Shown piece after piece: positions 17,411 to 30,088 of a stretch of DNA of 64,000 nucleotides (position 1 is its first letter; each line of letters begins with the position of its first letter). The notes beneath the pieces are model-generated. The model was not told the DNA's origin, did not search any database, and worked only from the letters and a program-made list of their open reading frames with translations. The stretch lies in NCBI GenBank assembly GCA_963668695.2, contig CAXXLQ010000004.1, positions 480,001 through 544,000 on the forward strand. Direction: 5' to 3'. Origin of the DNA: Vicinamibacteria bacterium. Lineage in GTDB: Bacteria; Acidobacteriota; Vicinamibacteria; Marinacidobacterales; Marinacidobacteraceae. Both the position numbers and the translations under genes were made by a program.

Positions 17411-19710
17411 TCCGGATGGCTCCGGCGGTTTCCCACGGACGGTTTCGGCGTGGACTCGACTGCCGCCGCCGGGTCCGCTCCGGCCGCCGGATCCTCCGGG
17501 CCGCCTTGGGATTCGGTCGCGACGTCCGGGAGCGAGGCCGGGATCAGGGACCCGGCCGTGGGCGCAGGGGATTGGACGTCGTCCGCCACGGTGCGCAGAC
17601 GCCCCGCAGCCGGCGCGGCGGTCCCCGCGATCAGAGTGCTTTGTGTTGTTCCCGGTGTTGTTCCCGGTGTTGTTTCCGGTCCCGCGGCGTCGGCGCGGCG
17701 CAGCCGCCGGGCAACAACGTCACGCGCCGCGAGGCTCCGATCGGCCGGCGTTCCGTCCGGCGTTTCGTCGCGCCAGGAAGCGGGGGCCACCCGGCCGGTC
17801 CGATCTCTCCCGAGCTGGCGAATACCCCGGCCGGAACTGACCAGACGCTCGGTCCCCCATCCGGTCTTCCGATAGCGCCAGAGCACGCGGTCCGCGATCC
17901 TTCCGAACACGCGCGCCGCGTTGGCCCCGCTGTGGTTGGGCTTTTGGACGTCGAGGATCACCACCCCGGTGAACAGGGGATCGCCAGCGGGCGCAAAGCC
18001 GGCGAACGTGGCGGTGTAGTCGGTCGCCGAGTAGCCTCCCGGCTCCGCCTTCTGAGCGGTCCCGGTCTTCCCGGCGACGGAGAAGCCGTCCACGCCCGCG
18101 GCGCCGCCGGTTCCATTCTGGACGACCCCGACCAGAAGCTGGCCCACCCGGGCCGCAGTCATCGGGGTCACGACCCGGTGGCCGGTTGCGATCGGTTGCG
18201 CCTCCCCTCCGATCCCGCGGATCAGACGGAGGGGCAGGCGGACGCCGCCCGTTGCGATCGTGTTGACGCCCTGGACGAGCTGGACGGGAGTCACGGCGAT
18301 CCCCTGGCCGAAGGACACGGTCGCCAGCCGGATCGGTCGCCACACACCCCTGGCCGGCACGATTCCGCGACTCTCCGCGCCGAGCGGCAGCCCCGTCGGT
18401 TCTCCGAATCCGAAGGCGTCCAGATATGCGTGGAGGGTTTCGGAGCCGAGGCGCGAAGCAACCTGAAGGGTGCCGATGTTGGAGGAGCGCTGGATCACGC
18501 CGGCAAAGGTCAGCGGCCCGAGCGGTTGCCAGTCGCGGACGACCCGCCCGCCGATGCGGTAGCTGCCCCCAAAGGTGTCGAACTGCTCTCCCTCATCCGT
18601 CACTCCCTCCTCGAGAGCGGCGGCGGCGGTGAAGATCTTGAAGACCGATCCGGGCTCGTACGGATCGGTGATCGACCGATTGGCGAGCGTCGCCGTGGGA
18701 TATTCCTCTGCCTGGTTCGGGTCGAAGGACGGAGCGCTGGCCATCGCCAGCACCTCGCCGGTCTGGGGCTCAACCAGAATGACGGCGCCCGAAGTTGCCG
18801 AAAACTCGGCGACGGCCCGCTCGAGTTCTTCCTCGGCAACAGCCTGCAGGTAGGAATCGATCGTCAGTTCGATGTCGGCCCCCGGGCGCGACTCCCGCAC
18901 CACGCGGCTTCCCCGGCCCGTTCGCCGGCCGTCGGTCCAGACGGTGCGGCGTCCGGGCTCTCCTCGCAGCACCCCGTCAAGGGCGAACTCGATGCCCCCC
19001 AGGCCGTCGTTGTCCGCCCCCACGAAACCCAGAACGTGAGCGGCGAGTTCGGCGCCGGGATAGAAGCGGCCGTATTCCTCGATGGTCCCCACCGGGAAAC
19101 CGGTTTCGCTGGCGCACGCGACCTGAGACGCCGTGGCCTTGCGCTTGAGCCAGGAGAACCGGGAGGCGCGCCGCAGTCGTCGCTCGACCAGGGCGCTCGG
19201 TACCTCGAGACACGCTGAGAGACGACCCGCCGCTTCCGGGATCGCCGCCGCTGAGTAATCGGGCGGGACCACATACACCGAGTCCACCGCGACGGTGAGC
19301 GCCAGTGGCCTCCCGTTGCGGTCGTAGATCCTCCCGCGGAACGGCGGAATGGTGAGTTCGTGATGATGTTGACTGGCGGCGCGCCGCACCATGGTTTCGT
19401 GATCGAGAACCTGGATCTGGACCAGTTGGCCGAGGATCAGCGCCGCCCACACCCCAATCAGGACCGCGCCCACCACCGCCCGCCGCCGCAGCGCCGCTCT
19501 CCCGTCGTTTCCCGACGATCCGGCGCCGGTGCCCGTGGACGGCGGCGGGAATTCCGGAGCGGCGGCGGGTGAAGGTTCGCGCCGGCGCTTCGGCCGGCGA
19601 GACGCCTCCCGGGCCGCCGATCGAAGGAGCGGCGCCGGGATATCGGGGAACAGGCTGTTCGGAGGGCGTTTCCACCCACCTGAGCCCGGGTTCGGTCGCC
19701 GGGGGCTCAT
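17407..19710 (-). CDS. ftsI: Penicillin-binding protein 3 (FtsI)
   Basis: RGRIYDRNG, EPGSVFK (SxxK), SSN, KTGTAQK. Confidence 0.93.
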   Translation of the reverse strand: MSPRRPNPGSGGWKRPPNSLFPDIPAPLLRSAAREASRRPKRRREPSPAAAPEFPPPSTGTGAGSSGNDGRAALRRRAVVGAVLIGVWAALILGQLVQIQVLDHETMVRRAASQHHHELTIPPFRGRIYDRNGRPLALTVAVDSVYVVPPDYSAAAIPEAAGRLSACLEVPSALVERRLRRASRFSWLKRKATASQVACASETGFPVGTIEEYGRFYPGAELAAHVLGFVGADNDGLGGIEFALDGVLRGEPGRRTVWTDGRRTGRGSRVVRESRPGADIELTIDSYLQAVAEEELERAVAEFSATSGAVILVEPQTGEVLAMASAPSFDPNQAEEYPTATLANRSITDPYEPGSVFKIFTAAAALEEGVTDEGEQFDTFGGSYRIGGRVVRDWQPLGPLTFAGVIQRSSNIGTLQVASRLGSETLHAYLDAFGFGEPTGLPLGAESRGIVPARGVWRPIRLATVSFGQGIAVTPVQLVQGVNTIATGGVRLPLRLIRGIGGEAQPIATGHRVVTPMTAARVGQLLVGVVQNGTGGAAGVDGFSVAGKTGTAQKAEPGGYSATDYTATFAGFAPAGDPLFTGVVILDVQKPNHSGANAARVFGRIADRVLWRYRKTGWGTERLVSSGRGIRQLGRDRTGRVAPASWRDETPDGTPADRSLAARDVVARRLRRADAAGPETTPGTTPGTTQSTLIAGTAAPAAGRLRTVADDVQSPAPTAGSLIPASLPDVATESQGGPEDPAAGADPAAAVESTPKPSVGNRRSHPE

Positions 19711-20090
19711 TGCGGGTCCGAACTCCCTGGATCCAGAAGCACCCCGGCGGCGCCCGGGGCTTCGAGCACCACCCGCTCCCCGGCGGGTTCCAACCCATAT
19801 GTTTCCCGGGCAATCCGCTCAACGGACCGCGGGTCGGTGAGTTCGCTCAGCTCGAGTTGGTACCGCTCGATGTCTTTTTCGAGCTGGTCCCGCTCCAGGC
19901 GCAGTTCTTCCACCCGGTAGCCGAGCCGGATTGCTTCGAGGTGCGGCCAGGTGGCGGCGACCGCCGCCGCCAGGGCGAAGATGCCGATGGCGAGATAGAG
20001 AAGAAGCTGCGCGTACCGGGTGCGGTCGAGTTTCCGGTGCAGCCACTGGTTGTCCGGGCGGTAGGTCACCTCGAAACGTTCCGGAGTCAT
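19707..20090 (-). CDS. ftsL: Cell division protein FtsL
   Basis: TM helix, leucine-zipper coiled coil and PRSVERIARETYGL; between rsmH and ftsI. Confidence 0.8.
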   Translation of the reverse strand: MTPERFEVTYRPDNQWLHRKLDRTRYAQLLLYLAIGIFALAAAVAATWPHLEAIRLGYRVEELRLERDQLEKDIERYQLELSELTDPRSVERIARETYGLEPAGERVVLEAPGAAGVLLDPGSSDPQ

Positions 20091-21130
20091 CGTCCATCTC
20101 CCTCAGGGCGCGCAGCCTCCCCCGGGGCCTCTTCGATGCGGCGCAAGATGCGGAGGCAAGCACTCCGCGACCGGCGGTTCGCGCTGGACTCGTCTTCGTC
20201 CGGACGAATGGGCCGCCGCGTGCCCACCTCGAACCGGGACTCCTCGGCCAGTCGCCGGAAAGTGTGCTTTACGGGGCGATCCTCCCCGGAGTGATAGGAG
20301 ATCACGGCCAGGACGCCGTCCTTCCGGAGCCGGGCGGGGGCCTCGTGCAGTGCGGCCGCGAGGACCTGCGGCTCGCGATTCACCGCGGAACGGACCGCGA
20401 GGAAGGTCCGGGTGGCGGGATCGATGCGCCCCCGCCGAGGACCGACGGCGGCGATCACCGCCGCGCGCAGATCTCCGGTCGTGCGGAGCGGCCGACGCCC
20501 CACGATGCGCCAGGCGATGGCGCGGGACCGGCGCTCCCCCATCCCGAACAGCAGATCGGCGATCTCCCGCTCCTCGAGCCGGTCGAGCAGTTCGGCCGCC
20601 GTCTCCCCCGAGCCCGGGTCGAACCGCATGTCCAGCGGGCCGTCGTGCCGGAGCGAAAAACCGCGTTCCGGCGTTTCGAGCTGCGGGCTGGAAAGCCCGA
20701 GGTCGAGAAGGATCCCGTCCACCAGGTCCCAACCCACGCGGTCCAGCGCGGAACCAAGCTCGGAGAAGTCCCCCGCGAGGAAGCGGAAGCGAGGCTCCCC
20801 GGCGGCCAGCGCGGCCGCGGCCGGCGCCGCCTCCGGATCCTTGTCGAGACCCAGCACCTCAGCACCCGGAGCGGCCTCGAGGATGGCTTTCGTGTGTCCG
20901 CCGCGCCCGAAAGTGCCATCGACATAACGTCCGGCGGAGCGCGGTGCCAGCCAGCGCAGCACCGTGTCCCGCAGCACCGGCACGTGCGCCGGCGATTCGG
21001 GTGTCATGGGCGCGGTCATCTTGGGCGCGGTCATCTCAGGCTGGGTCCAAAAGGAGGGACCCACCCGGAACGCCGGAAGCGGGAAACGGACCGGCGCCGG
21101 ACGGGGAGCGGAGGGAAGCTGAGAGAGCAT
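20087..21130 (-). CDS. rsmH: 16S rRNA m4C1402 methyltransferase
   Basis: HVPVL, DGTFGRGGH, DLGLSSPQL, PLDMR, ISYHSGED, NRRSRSA; true start may be one of the downstream ATGs (about 21008-21035). Confidence 0.93.
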   Translation of the reverse strand: MLSQLPSAPRPAPVRFPLPAFRVGPSFWTQPEMTAPKMTAPMTPESPAHVPVLRDTVLRWLAPRSAGRYVDGTFGRGGHTKAILEAAPGAEVLGLDKDPEAAPAAAALAAGEPRFRFLAGDFSELGSALDRVGWDLVDGILLDLGLSSPQLETPERGFSLRHDGPLDMRFDPGSGETAAELLDRLEEREIADLLFGMGERRSRAIAWRIVGRRPLRTTGDLRAAVIAAVGPRRGRIDPATRTFLAVRSAVNREPQVLAAALHEAPARLRKDGVLAVISYHSGEDRPVKHTFRRLAEESRFEVGTRRPIRPDEDESSANRRSRSACLRILRRIEEAPGEAARPEGDGR

Positions 21131-21149
21131 GCCGGCCGGAACCCAGGAG

Positions 21150-21590
21150 TCAGATTCCCTCCTGGTGTGCGAGCTTCAGATCGTCGTCGGTAAGCGGGTC
21201 GTCGGTGATCCGCGAGAACAGGGTTGCGTGGTTCCACACTTCGAGATAGCGCTCCATCCCCAGGACATCCACCTTCCCGACGATGTTCGCCAGGGTCCGA
21301 AGGTGTTGGGGAAGAACGATCCGGTGCTGCGTATCGAGCTCGACTTGCTGTCCGTAGAAGTTCGTGATGCGGGAGAACCTGCGCCAAGTCGGATGGAGTT
21401 CTCCCAACTTGCGCACACGGGCCACCATGTCCTCCCAGACCTTCATCGGGTAGATGGAGGCGCTGTGTCCGTCGAGGCTGGTAACGAAGACCTGGGTGCC
21501 GAGCTGTTCCAGCGTTTCAAGAAACGCGGCCGGGACCTTCAGCCTTCCCTTCACATCCACGGTGGCGGGGTGGTTGCCGTGGGGAAACAC
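21150..21590 (-). CDS. mraZ: Division/cell-wall cluster transcriptional repressor MraZ
   Basis: VDVKGRLKVP, LDTQHRIVLP, YLEVWN. Confidence 0.9.
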   Translation of the reverse strand: MFPHGNHPATVDVKGRLKVPAAFLETLEQLGTQVFVTSLDGHSASIYPMKVWEDMVARVRKLGELHPTWRRFSRITNFYGQQVELDTQHRIVLPQHLRTLANIVGKVDVLGMERYLEVWNHATLFSRITDDPLTDDDLKLAHQEGI

Positions 21591-21689
21591 GAGGTCTGAA
21601 GGGGCTTGGTGAGGTCTGCGGTTGCCTGCCCGCCCACTCCAGGACCTGAGTCTGGATTTAATCGTAGAATGAGAGGGAAAGGTTCTGTA

Positions 21690-21722
21690 TTTTTACCACT
21701 TCTAGCCACAATTTTCCACCAC
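21690..21722 (-). promoter_or_regulatory. MraZ operator: three GTGG boxes at 10-bp periodicity
   Basis: Minus strand GTGGAAAATT GTGGCTAGAA GTGGTAAAAA upstream of mraZ; candidate -10 TACGAT at 21661-21666. Confidence 0.75.
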
Positions 21723-21750
21723 AAGAACCGTACTCGCCCCCGGTGACCGC

Positions 21751-21937
21751 CTAGCAGCCTGTGGTGAAACCCACGTGAGCGCCGAGGCCGGTGAGGCGCC
21801 CGGCTGACAAGGCGCGTGAGGGAGGAATACCCGGTGTATTTCGACCGAAACGCAACGCCGAACGCAGCGAAGCGGAGTGGTTCAGCCGGGATGGATCGCC
21901 GGTCGAACGCCACGTGGGTTTTGCCACCGGCTGCTAG
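21751..21937. mobile_element. MITE family A copy with CTAG at both ends
   Basis: CTAG-CAGCCTGTGG...CCACCGGCTG-CTAG, 187 bp. Confidence 0.9.
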
Positions 21938-21974
21938 CCCCACAAGGGCCGGCCCGTTCTCCCGTTGGGGGCCG

Positions 21975-22200
21975 CCACCGCGGCCCGGAGGTCGGAAACG
22001 CCGACCGGTTCTCGCGGTAGCGGCCTTCAGACCGGCACCGGCAGCCCGGAGGTGAGGAACGCCGGGCAGTCCTCCCGGTGGGGCCCTTCAGACCCCCACC
22101 GGGAGAACTGGCCGGCACCGCGGCCGCAGGCCGCGAAACTCCCATCGCCAACCGCGAAAAAGCGCGGGGACGGCTGGAAGCGCCGACCTCTGGTCGGCAC
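21975..22200. repeat. Cluster of REP-like family B units (BIME-like), with two 19-bp micro-insertions and an empty IS110-type target
   Basis: GGCCTTCAGACCGGCACC units; revcomp of 22181-22200 is GTGCCGACCAGAGGTCGGCG. Confidence 0.7.
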
Positions 22201-22317
22201 TGCGGCAGGCTACGATGCTCAGCACTTGGTCCCCGCCGGACTCGCCGAAAGGCCCCGGCGGGGTTATTCGTGTCCGACCGCGCTTGGCCTCAAGCGCGCT
22301 GTTTCGTTCGCCGGCCC

Positions 22318-23382
22318 TCAGCCCACGTGGAACCGGATCACCAGCACGTCCCCATCCTGGACCGGATAGTCCTTCCCCTCCAGCCGTAGCGCTCCCGCCT
22401 TCCGCGCGCCGTCCCAGGAGCCGCAGTCCACCAGCCTGTCGTAGGAGACCACTTCCGCCCGGATGAATCCCCGCTCCAGATCGGAGTGGATCTCGCCGGC
22501 AGCCTCCTGGGCCCGCGTATTCCGGCGGATCAGCCAGGCCCGCGACTCGGTGTCGCTGGCGGTGTAGAAGGTCGCGCGGTCCATCAACTCGAAGATGGCC
22601 CGGACGATCCGCTCGGCGGCGCCCGCCTCGACCCCGATGTCCCGCCGGAACTCGGCGGCGTCTTCCTCGGGAAGCTCCGCGATTTCCGCCTCGATCCGGG
22701 CCGAGACCGCCGCGAGCCGGGTCTCCGGACGCCGGGCGATCTCGTCGAGCCCCGGCCAACTCGCGGGGTCCCGTGCGGCCTCCGTGTCGCCGGCGTTCAC
22801 GACCAGGAGTTGCGGCTTCGCACTCATCAACCCGTAGCCGGCAAGGCGTTTCCGGTCCTCCGCGCTCAGCGCCTCGCGTACCGGAACTTCCCCTTCCACC
22901 GCCTGACGCGCCCGGTCGAGCAGGTCACGCTCTCCCCGCACCGCTTCCGGTTTGCCCCGGGCCCGATCCGCGTCGAGCCGCGTAATCCTCTTCTCGAGAA
23001 CCGCCAGATCGGCCAGCAGCAGCTCCAGCTCCAGATTCGCGGCATCGCGCCCGGCGTCTACCGAGTCGAACGGCGTGGGAACCGTCGGATCCTCGAAGGC
23101 GCGCACGGCGTGGACGATCGCGTCCACCTCCCGAAGCGCCGCCAGGTTTTCCGTCTGACCCGAGGCTCCCCGCCGGAGCGCGGGGATGAGCACCACCTCG
23201 ACGGTGGCGGGAGTGGTCTTTTTCGATTCGTGGAGGCGCGTCAGCGTTTCGAGCCGCTCGTCGGGAACGGCCAGCACGCCGCGCTTCGCACCGGCCGCAA
23301 AGCCCACCTGGGCCACCTGGGTCAGGAGCGAAAAGAGGGTCTTCTTGCCGGAAGCGGCAAACCCGACGATACCGGCGCGCAC
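22318..23382 (-). CDS. ychF: YchF/DUF933-family protein with degenerate nucleotide-binding motifs
   Basis: VPDERL, HAVRAFED, EL-LADL, KPQLLVVN, AAGEIHSDLERGFIRAEV, RLEGKDYPVQDGDV; GTG start. Confidence 0.85.
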   Translation of the reverse strand: MRAGIVGFAASGKKTLFSLLTQVAQVGFAAGAKRGVLAVPDERLETLTRLHESKKTTPATVEVVLIPALRRGASGQTENLAALREVDAIVHAVRAFEDPTVPTPFDSVDAGRDAANLELELLLADLAVLEKRITRLDADRARGKPEAVRGERDLLDRARQAVEGEVPVREALSAEDRKRLAGYGLMSAKPQLLVVNAGDTEAARDPASWPGLDEIARRPETRLAAVSARIEAEIAELPEEDAAEFRRDIGVEAGAAERIVRAIFELMDRATFYTASDTESRAWLIRRNTRAQEAAGEIHSDLERGFIRAEVVSYDRLVDCGSWDGARKAGALRLEGKDYPVQDGDVLVIRFHVG

Positions 23383-23611
23383 GAGGCGGTGATGGTAGCC
23401 GTGCGGACCCGGGACGTCGGCAAGCGACAGCTCCGGGGAACCATCGGCATGAGCCTTGCTTGCGCATCGTGGCGTACGCGTCGGGACTGAAAGAGCCCGG
23501 TGGCCGCCAGTGCTGCGGGCCCTCGAAGGCGCGCGCCCAAGGAAGAGACGAAAAGACCGTGACGGGCGGTTGCGGGGCGTCCACCGGTCGCGCGACTGGC
23601 AGGAGACGGAA

Positions 23612-25018
23612 ATGACGATCCGACTGTTCATGATTCTTGGAGTTCTGCTTGGGTGCCAGGCCTGCGACGACGACTCCACGGCACCGACCAGCCCACAGCG
23701 GATGCGGACGCCGACTCCGCCCCCCGCTCCGGAGCCTGACCCCGGACCCGGTCCGGTGCCGCCCGAGATCGCGGCGTGGGTCGAGGCCAATGCGCTTCCA
23801 TTCAGCGGAACCCACCTGTCGCTTCCCCACACGGATATCGAGTTCCTGCGCGACCTGGTGGGCGATGCCCGGATCGTCGCCCTCGGAGAAAACACGCACG
23901 GCACCCGCGATTTCTTCGAGATGAAGGCCCGGATTCTCCGCTTCCTCGTCGAGGAGATGGGCTTCAACACCTTCGCCATCGAGGCGACCTGGCCCGAATC
24001 CCTCCTCCTGGACCGCTATGTGCGCACCGGCGAGGGCGACCCGGCGCGGCTCCTCGCCGGGCTCTACTTCTGGACCTGGAACACGGAATCGGTGCTCGAA
24101 ATGATCGAGTGGATGCGGGAGCACAACGAAGCCGGCGGCGACGTCGGTTTCCACGGGTTCGACATGCAGTATCCGGGGATGGCCCTCGATAACGTCCTCG
24201 AGTACGTCGGAGAAGTGGACCCCGACCGGGTTGACGAAGTCACCATGCTGGTGGAATGCCTGCAGTTCTACGCGAACCGCGACGGCGGCAGGTTTCCACG
24301 TGACCGGTACGACGACCTGAGCGCAACCTATCGGGCCGAGTGTGGCCAGTCCCTCCAAGAAGCGCGTGAACTGCTCCTGGCGAACGGGGAGGAGTACGAG
24401 GCAGTGTCGGGAGAAGACGCCTTTGAAGTGGCCCTCCAGAGCCTGCGGGTCGCGTTCCAGTACCACCTCAACGCTACCGGCCACCAGTATCGCGACGAGT
24501 CCATGGCCGAGAACACGGAATGGATCAGCCGCCGGATCGGCCCGGAGGGACGGATGGTGCTCTGGGCGCACAACTACCACGTCTCGAATCAGAGGTATGC
24601 GCAGGGTTCGTATCTGAAGGAGACGTTCGGCGACGACATGCTCGTGCTTGCCTTCACGCACGAACGCGGCAACTTCACGGCGTATAGCCGAAACGCCCAG
24701 AGCAATCAGGCGTGGGAGCTCGATCCCCCGGTCGCGGATTCGGTCGAGCACTACCTGTCAGCCGCTTCCGCCCCGCAGTTCATTCTGGACCTGCGCGAGG
24801 TGGACGAGAACACGGTTGGCGGTTCGTGGCTCACCGAGCCCCGCCAGACGCGCCACATCGGTTGTTGCTACGAGCAGGACGAGCCAGAGGGCTACTGGGT
24901 CTCCCGCCGGATGACGGCGCTCTACGACGTGATCGCCCACTTCGAGTCCACCGAAGCGACCACCGTCCTTCCCTTCTACCTCTCGGTCTTCGAGACGGAC
25001 GGAGTCGGAAGCCGATAG
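23612..25018 (+). CDS. Erythromycin esterase family lipoprotein
   Basis: Lipobox-like LLGCQAC, Pro-rich linker, VALGENTHGTRDFF, FAIEA, GFDMQ, RDESMAEN, LWAHNYHV. Confidence 0.85.
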   Translation: MTIRLFMILGVLLGCQACDDDSTAPTSPQRMRTPTPPPAPEPDPGPGPVPPEIAAWVEANALPFSGTHLSLPHTDIEFLRDLVGDARIVALGENTHGTRDFFEMKARILRFLVEEMGFNTFAIEATWPESLLLDRYVRTGEGDPARLLAGLYFWTWNTESVLEMIEWMREHNEAGGDVGFHGFDMQYPGMALDNVLEYVGEVDPDRVDEVTMLVECLQFYANRDGGRFPRDRYDDLSATYRAECGQSLQEARELLLANGEEYEAVSGEDAFEVALQSLRVAFQYHLNATGHQYRDESMAENTEWISRRIGPEGRMVLWAHNYHVSNQRYAQGSYLKETFGDDMLVLAFTHERGNFTAYSRNAQSNQAWELDPPVADSVEHYLSAASAPQFILDLREVDENTVGGSWLTEPRQTRHIGCCYEQDEPEGYWVSRRMTALYDVIAHFESTEATTVLPFYLSVFETDGVGSR

Positions 25019-25139
25019 ACCCGCCGCTCATGGCCTCCACCGGGAGAAACGCCCATGATCGGGTCCGCCTGCACGCCGCGCCAGTCATGAAAAAAGCGCG
25101 GCCCTCGCCTTGGCAGGGCGCAACGTCATCGGCGCCGGT

Positions 25140-25288
25140 TTCGCGCTCCCGCGCGATGCCGGCCGGAGGCCAGCGTTCCAAGTCGTCCCCGCGTTCCTTC
25201 TCGTTCGGCAGTACGCGGTTTCGCGGCCCGGTGGGCCGCGATGCCGGCCAGTTCTCCCGGTGGGGGCGTGAACACCGGCGTTCCCCGC
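25140..25288. repeat. REP-like family B doublet with a 19-bp micro-insertion, between convergent genes
   Basis: GATGCCGGCCGGAGGCCAGCGTTCC-linker-CGCGGCCC..GGGCCGCGATGCCGG[CCAGTTCTCCCGGTGGGGG]CGTGAACACCGGCGTTCCC. Confidence 0.7.
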
Positions 25289-25289
25289 C

Positions 25290-27199
25290 TCAGAGATCCA
25301 GCGCGGCCGGGTCGGGGGCGCCGTCACGGATGAGCAGTCGGCGCTCGGCGGGGTCCTTGCCCATCAGCTTGACGATGAAGGCGTCCGCGGTTTTTCGGTC
25401 GGGGATTTCCACCCGGAGGAGACTCCGGGTCTCGGGGTTCAGCGTCGTGTCCCACAGCACCTTGGGCTGCATCTCCCCGAGACCCTTGAAGCGGGTGATC
25501 GTCGGGTTCTTCGCGCCCGCGTTCCGGAGGATGACTTCCTTGTCCGCCTCGTCCCGGGCCCAGTGGGTCGTGCTCCCGATATCAACCCGGTAGAGCGGCG
25601 GCTGCGCGACAAAGATCCGTTCCGCTTCGAGCAGCTTCCACATGAACTTGACGAAGTAGGCGAGCAGCAGGGTCGTGATGTGGTTCCCGTCGGCATCGGC
25701 GTCGGCGAGCAGCACCACCCTCCGGTAGCGAAGCTTTTCGGGGTCGCAGTCGTCGCCGGTCCCGCAACCCAGCGCGAGCGCGATGTCCCTCAGCTCGGCG
25801 TTGTCGGCAACCTTCGCCCGGGTAGCCTGCGCGGCGTTCAGGATCTTGCCCCGGAGAGGGAGCACGGCCTGGCGCATGCGGTCCCGCCCCTGTTTCGCGG
25901 ACCCTCCGGCGGAGTCTCCTTCGACGATGAATATCTCGGTCTCCTCGGCATTCCTCAGGGCGCAGTCGCTCAGTTTGCCCGGCAGGACGCTGCGGGTCCT
26001 GGTTTCGGCCTTTCGGGAGACCGCCGCCGATGCGGCGCGCGACGCCTCGCGGGCCCGGGCGGCGAGCACCACCCGGTTCGCGATCCGCTCCGCCGCGGTG
26101 GGCGACTGATTGAGCCAGCGCTCGAGTTCGAGGCGCACGGCGGCGTCGACCGGCGCCCGCACCTCGGGGTTGTTCAGCCGATCCTTCGTCTGACCCTGGA
26201 ACTGAGGGTTCGGCAGGAACATGCTGAGGATCGCGAGCACCCCCTCCCGTACGTCTTCGGCCGCGATGGTCAGGCCCCGCGGGATCAGGGAATGGGTCTC
26301 GAGGTAGTTCCGGACGGCCTTGGAGAGTCCGTCGCGGAGACCCGTTTCGTGGGACCCGCCGGACCCCGTCGGGATCCCGTTGACGTAACTGCGGAACTCC
26401 TCGCGCGGAGCCTCGGTCCAGCCGAGCACCAGTTCCAGGCGGCCTTCGCCGTCGAGCGGATCCCGCGAAAGCTCGAACGCCGCCTCGTGGGCCAGGGTCA
26501 GCTTCCGGTCCCGGACCACGGCGTCGAAGTAGTCGGGCAGGCCGCGCGCCTGCTTCCAGTCGTGCGCTTCCCCGGACGCTTCGTCCGAGAAGGTCAGTTG
26601 AAGACCCCGGTGGAGGTAGCTGGTCTCGCGCATCCGGGCGGCGATCCGCTTTCCGTCGAGCTTCGGGTCCGGAAAGATCTCGGGATCGGGCAGAAAGGCG
26701 ATCTCCGTGCCGGTGCCCTTGCCCGAGCCGGTCTCCTTCAGTTTCCCGAGGGGCTTGCCGCGCCGGAAACGCATTTCCCACTGCCGGCGGTGGCGCCGCA
26801 CCTTCGCCGTAAGCGAACAGCTCAGCGCGTTCACCACCGAGGCCCCGACGCCGTGCAGGCCGCCGGAAGCGTGGTACGCCCCCCGATCGAACTTCCCGCC
26901 CGCGTGGAGCGTCGTGAGGATCACCTCGATGGCGGGCTTCCCGGAGGGTTTGTGGACATCCACCGGGATCCCGCGGCCGTTGTCCGTGACACAAAGCTCG
27001 CCGCTCTTCTTGAGGGTCACATCAATCCGGGACGCGTGCCCATTCATGGCTTCGTCCACGCTGTTGTCCAGGATTTCCCACACCAGGTGGTGGAGTCCCT
27101 CGACGTCCGTTCCCCCGATGTACATCGCCGGGCGCTTCCTCACCGGCGCGAGACCCTCGAGGACGGTGATGTCGCGGGCGGTGTAGTCGTCCCGGGGGC

Positions 27200-27203
<4 letters not shown>
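25290..27203 (-). CDS. parE: Type IIA topoisomerase B subunit (topoisomerase IV ParE-like)
   Basis: [68 protein letters not shown]. Confidence 0.88.
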
Positions 27204-29551
<2,348 letters not shown>

Positions 29552-29554
29552 GGG

Positions 29555-30050
29555 TTAACAGCCTGTGGTGGAACCCGGGTGAGCGCCGAGCCCGGTGAGG
29601 CCCAGTTCTCCCGGTGGGGCCAGTTCTCCCGGTGGGGGCCCGGCTGACAAGGCGCGTGAGGGAGGAATACCGGGTGTATTTCGACCGAAACGCAACGAAG
29701 AACGCCAGTTCTCCCGGTGGGGGGGCGAAGCGGAGTGGTTCAGCCGGGATGGATCGCCGGGCGAGCCCCCACCGGGAGAACTGGGCCGCCTGGGTTTCAC
29801 CACAGGTTGTTAACAGCCTGAGGACGGAGTGACGTGAGCGCCGAGGCCAGTGAGGTGCCCGGCTGACAAGGCGCGCGCGAGAGGAGCCCCCACCGGGAGA
29901 ACTGGGCCGAGTGTATTTCGAGCGAGGCGCAACGATGAGCGCCGCGAAGCGGCGCGGCCAGTTCTCCCGGTGGGGGCCAGCCGGAGTACATCGCTGGCCG
30001 AGCCCCCACCGGGAGAACTGGGCCGCGTCACTCTGTTCTCCGGCTGTTGG
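29555..30050. mobile_element. Two tandem MITE family A copies (29555-29813, 29810-30050) sharing a TTAA, with seven 19-bp micro-insertions
   Basis: TTAA-CAGCCTG...CAGGTTG-TTAA-CAGCCTG...CGGCTG. Confidence 0.88.
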
Positions 30051-30088
30051 CGGTTTACCGGGCAGCGGCCGGCGCCGGAGCGGAGAGA

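Noticed and set aside
7123-19218. Long plus-strand ORFs (804, 545, 543, 695, 600 aa)
   Set aside because: Antisense shadows of the dcw genes, expected in high-GC DNA.
29555-30009. Short ORFs with recurring peptides (QFSRWG, PHRENW, SSLRFGRNTPG) here and at 33670-34098, 43073-43368 and 62941-63284
   Set aside because: They are translations of the MITE and 19-mer repeats, with no RBS or independent coding evidence.
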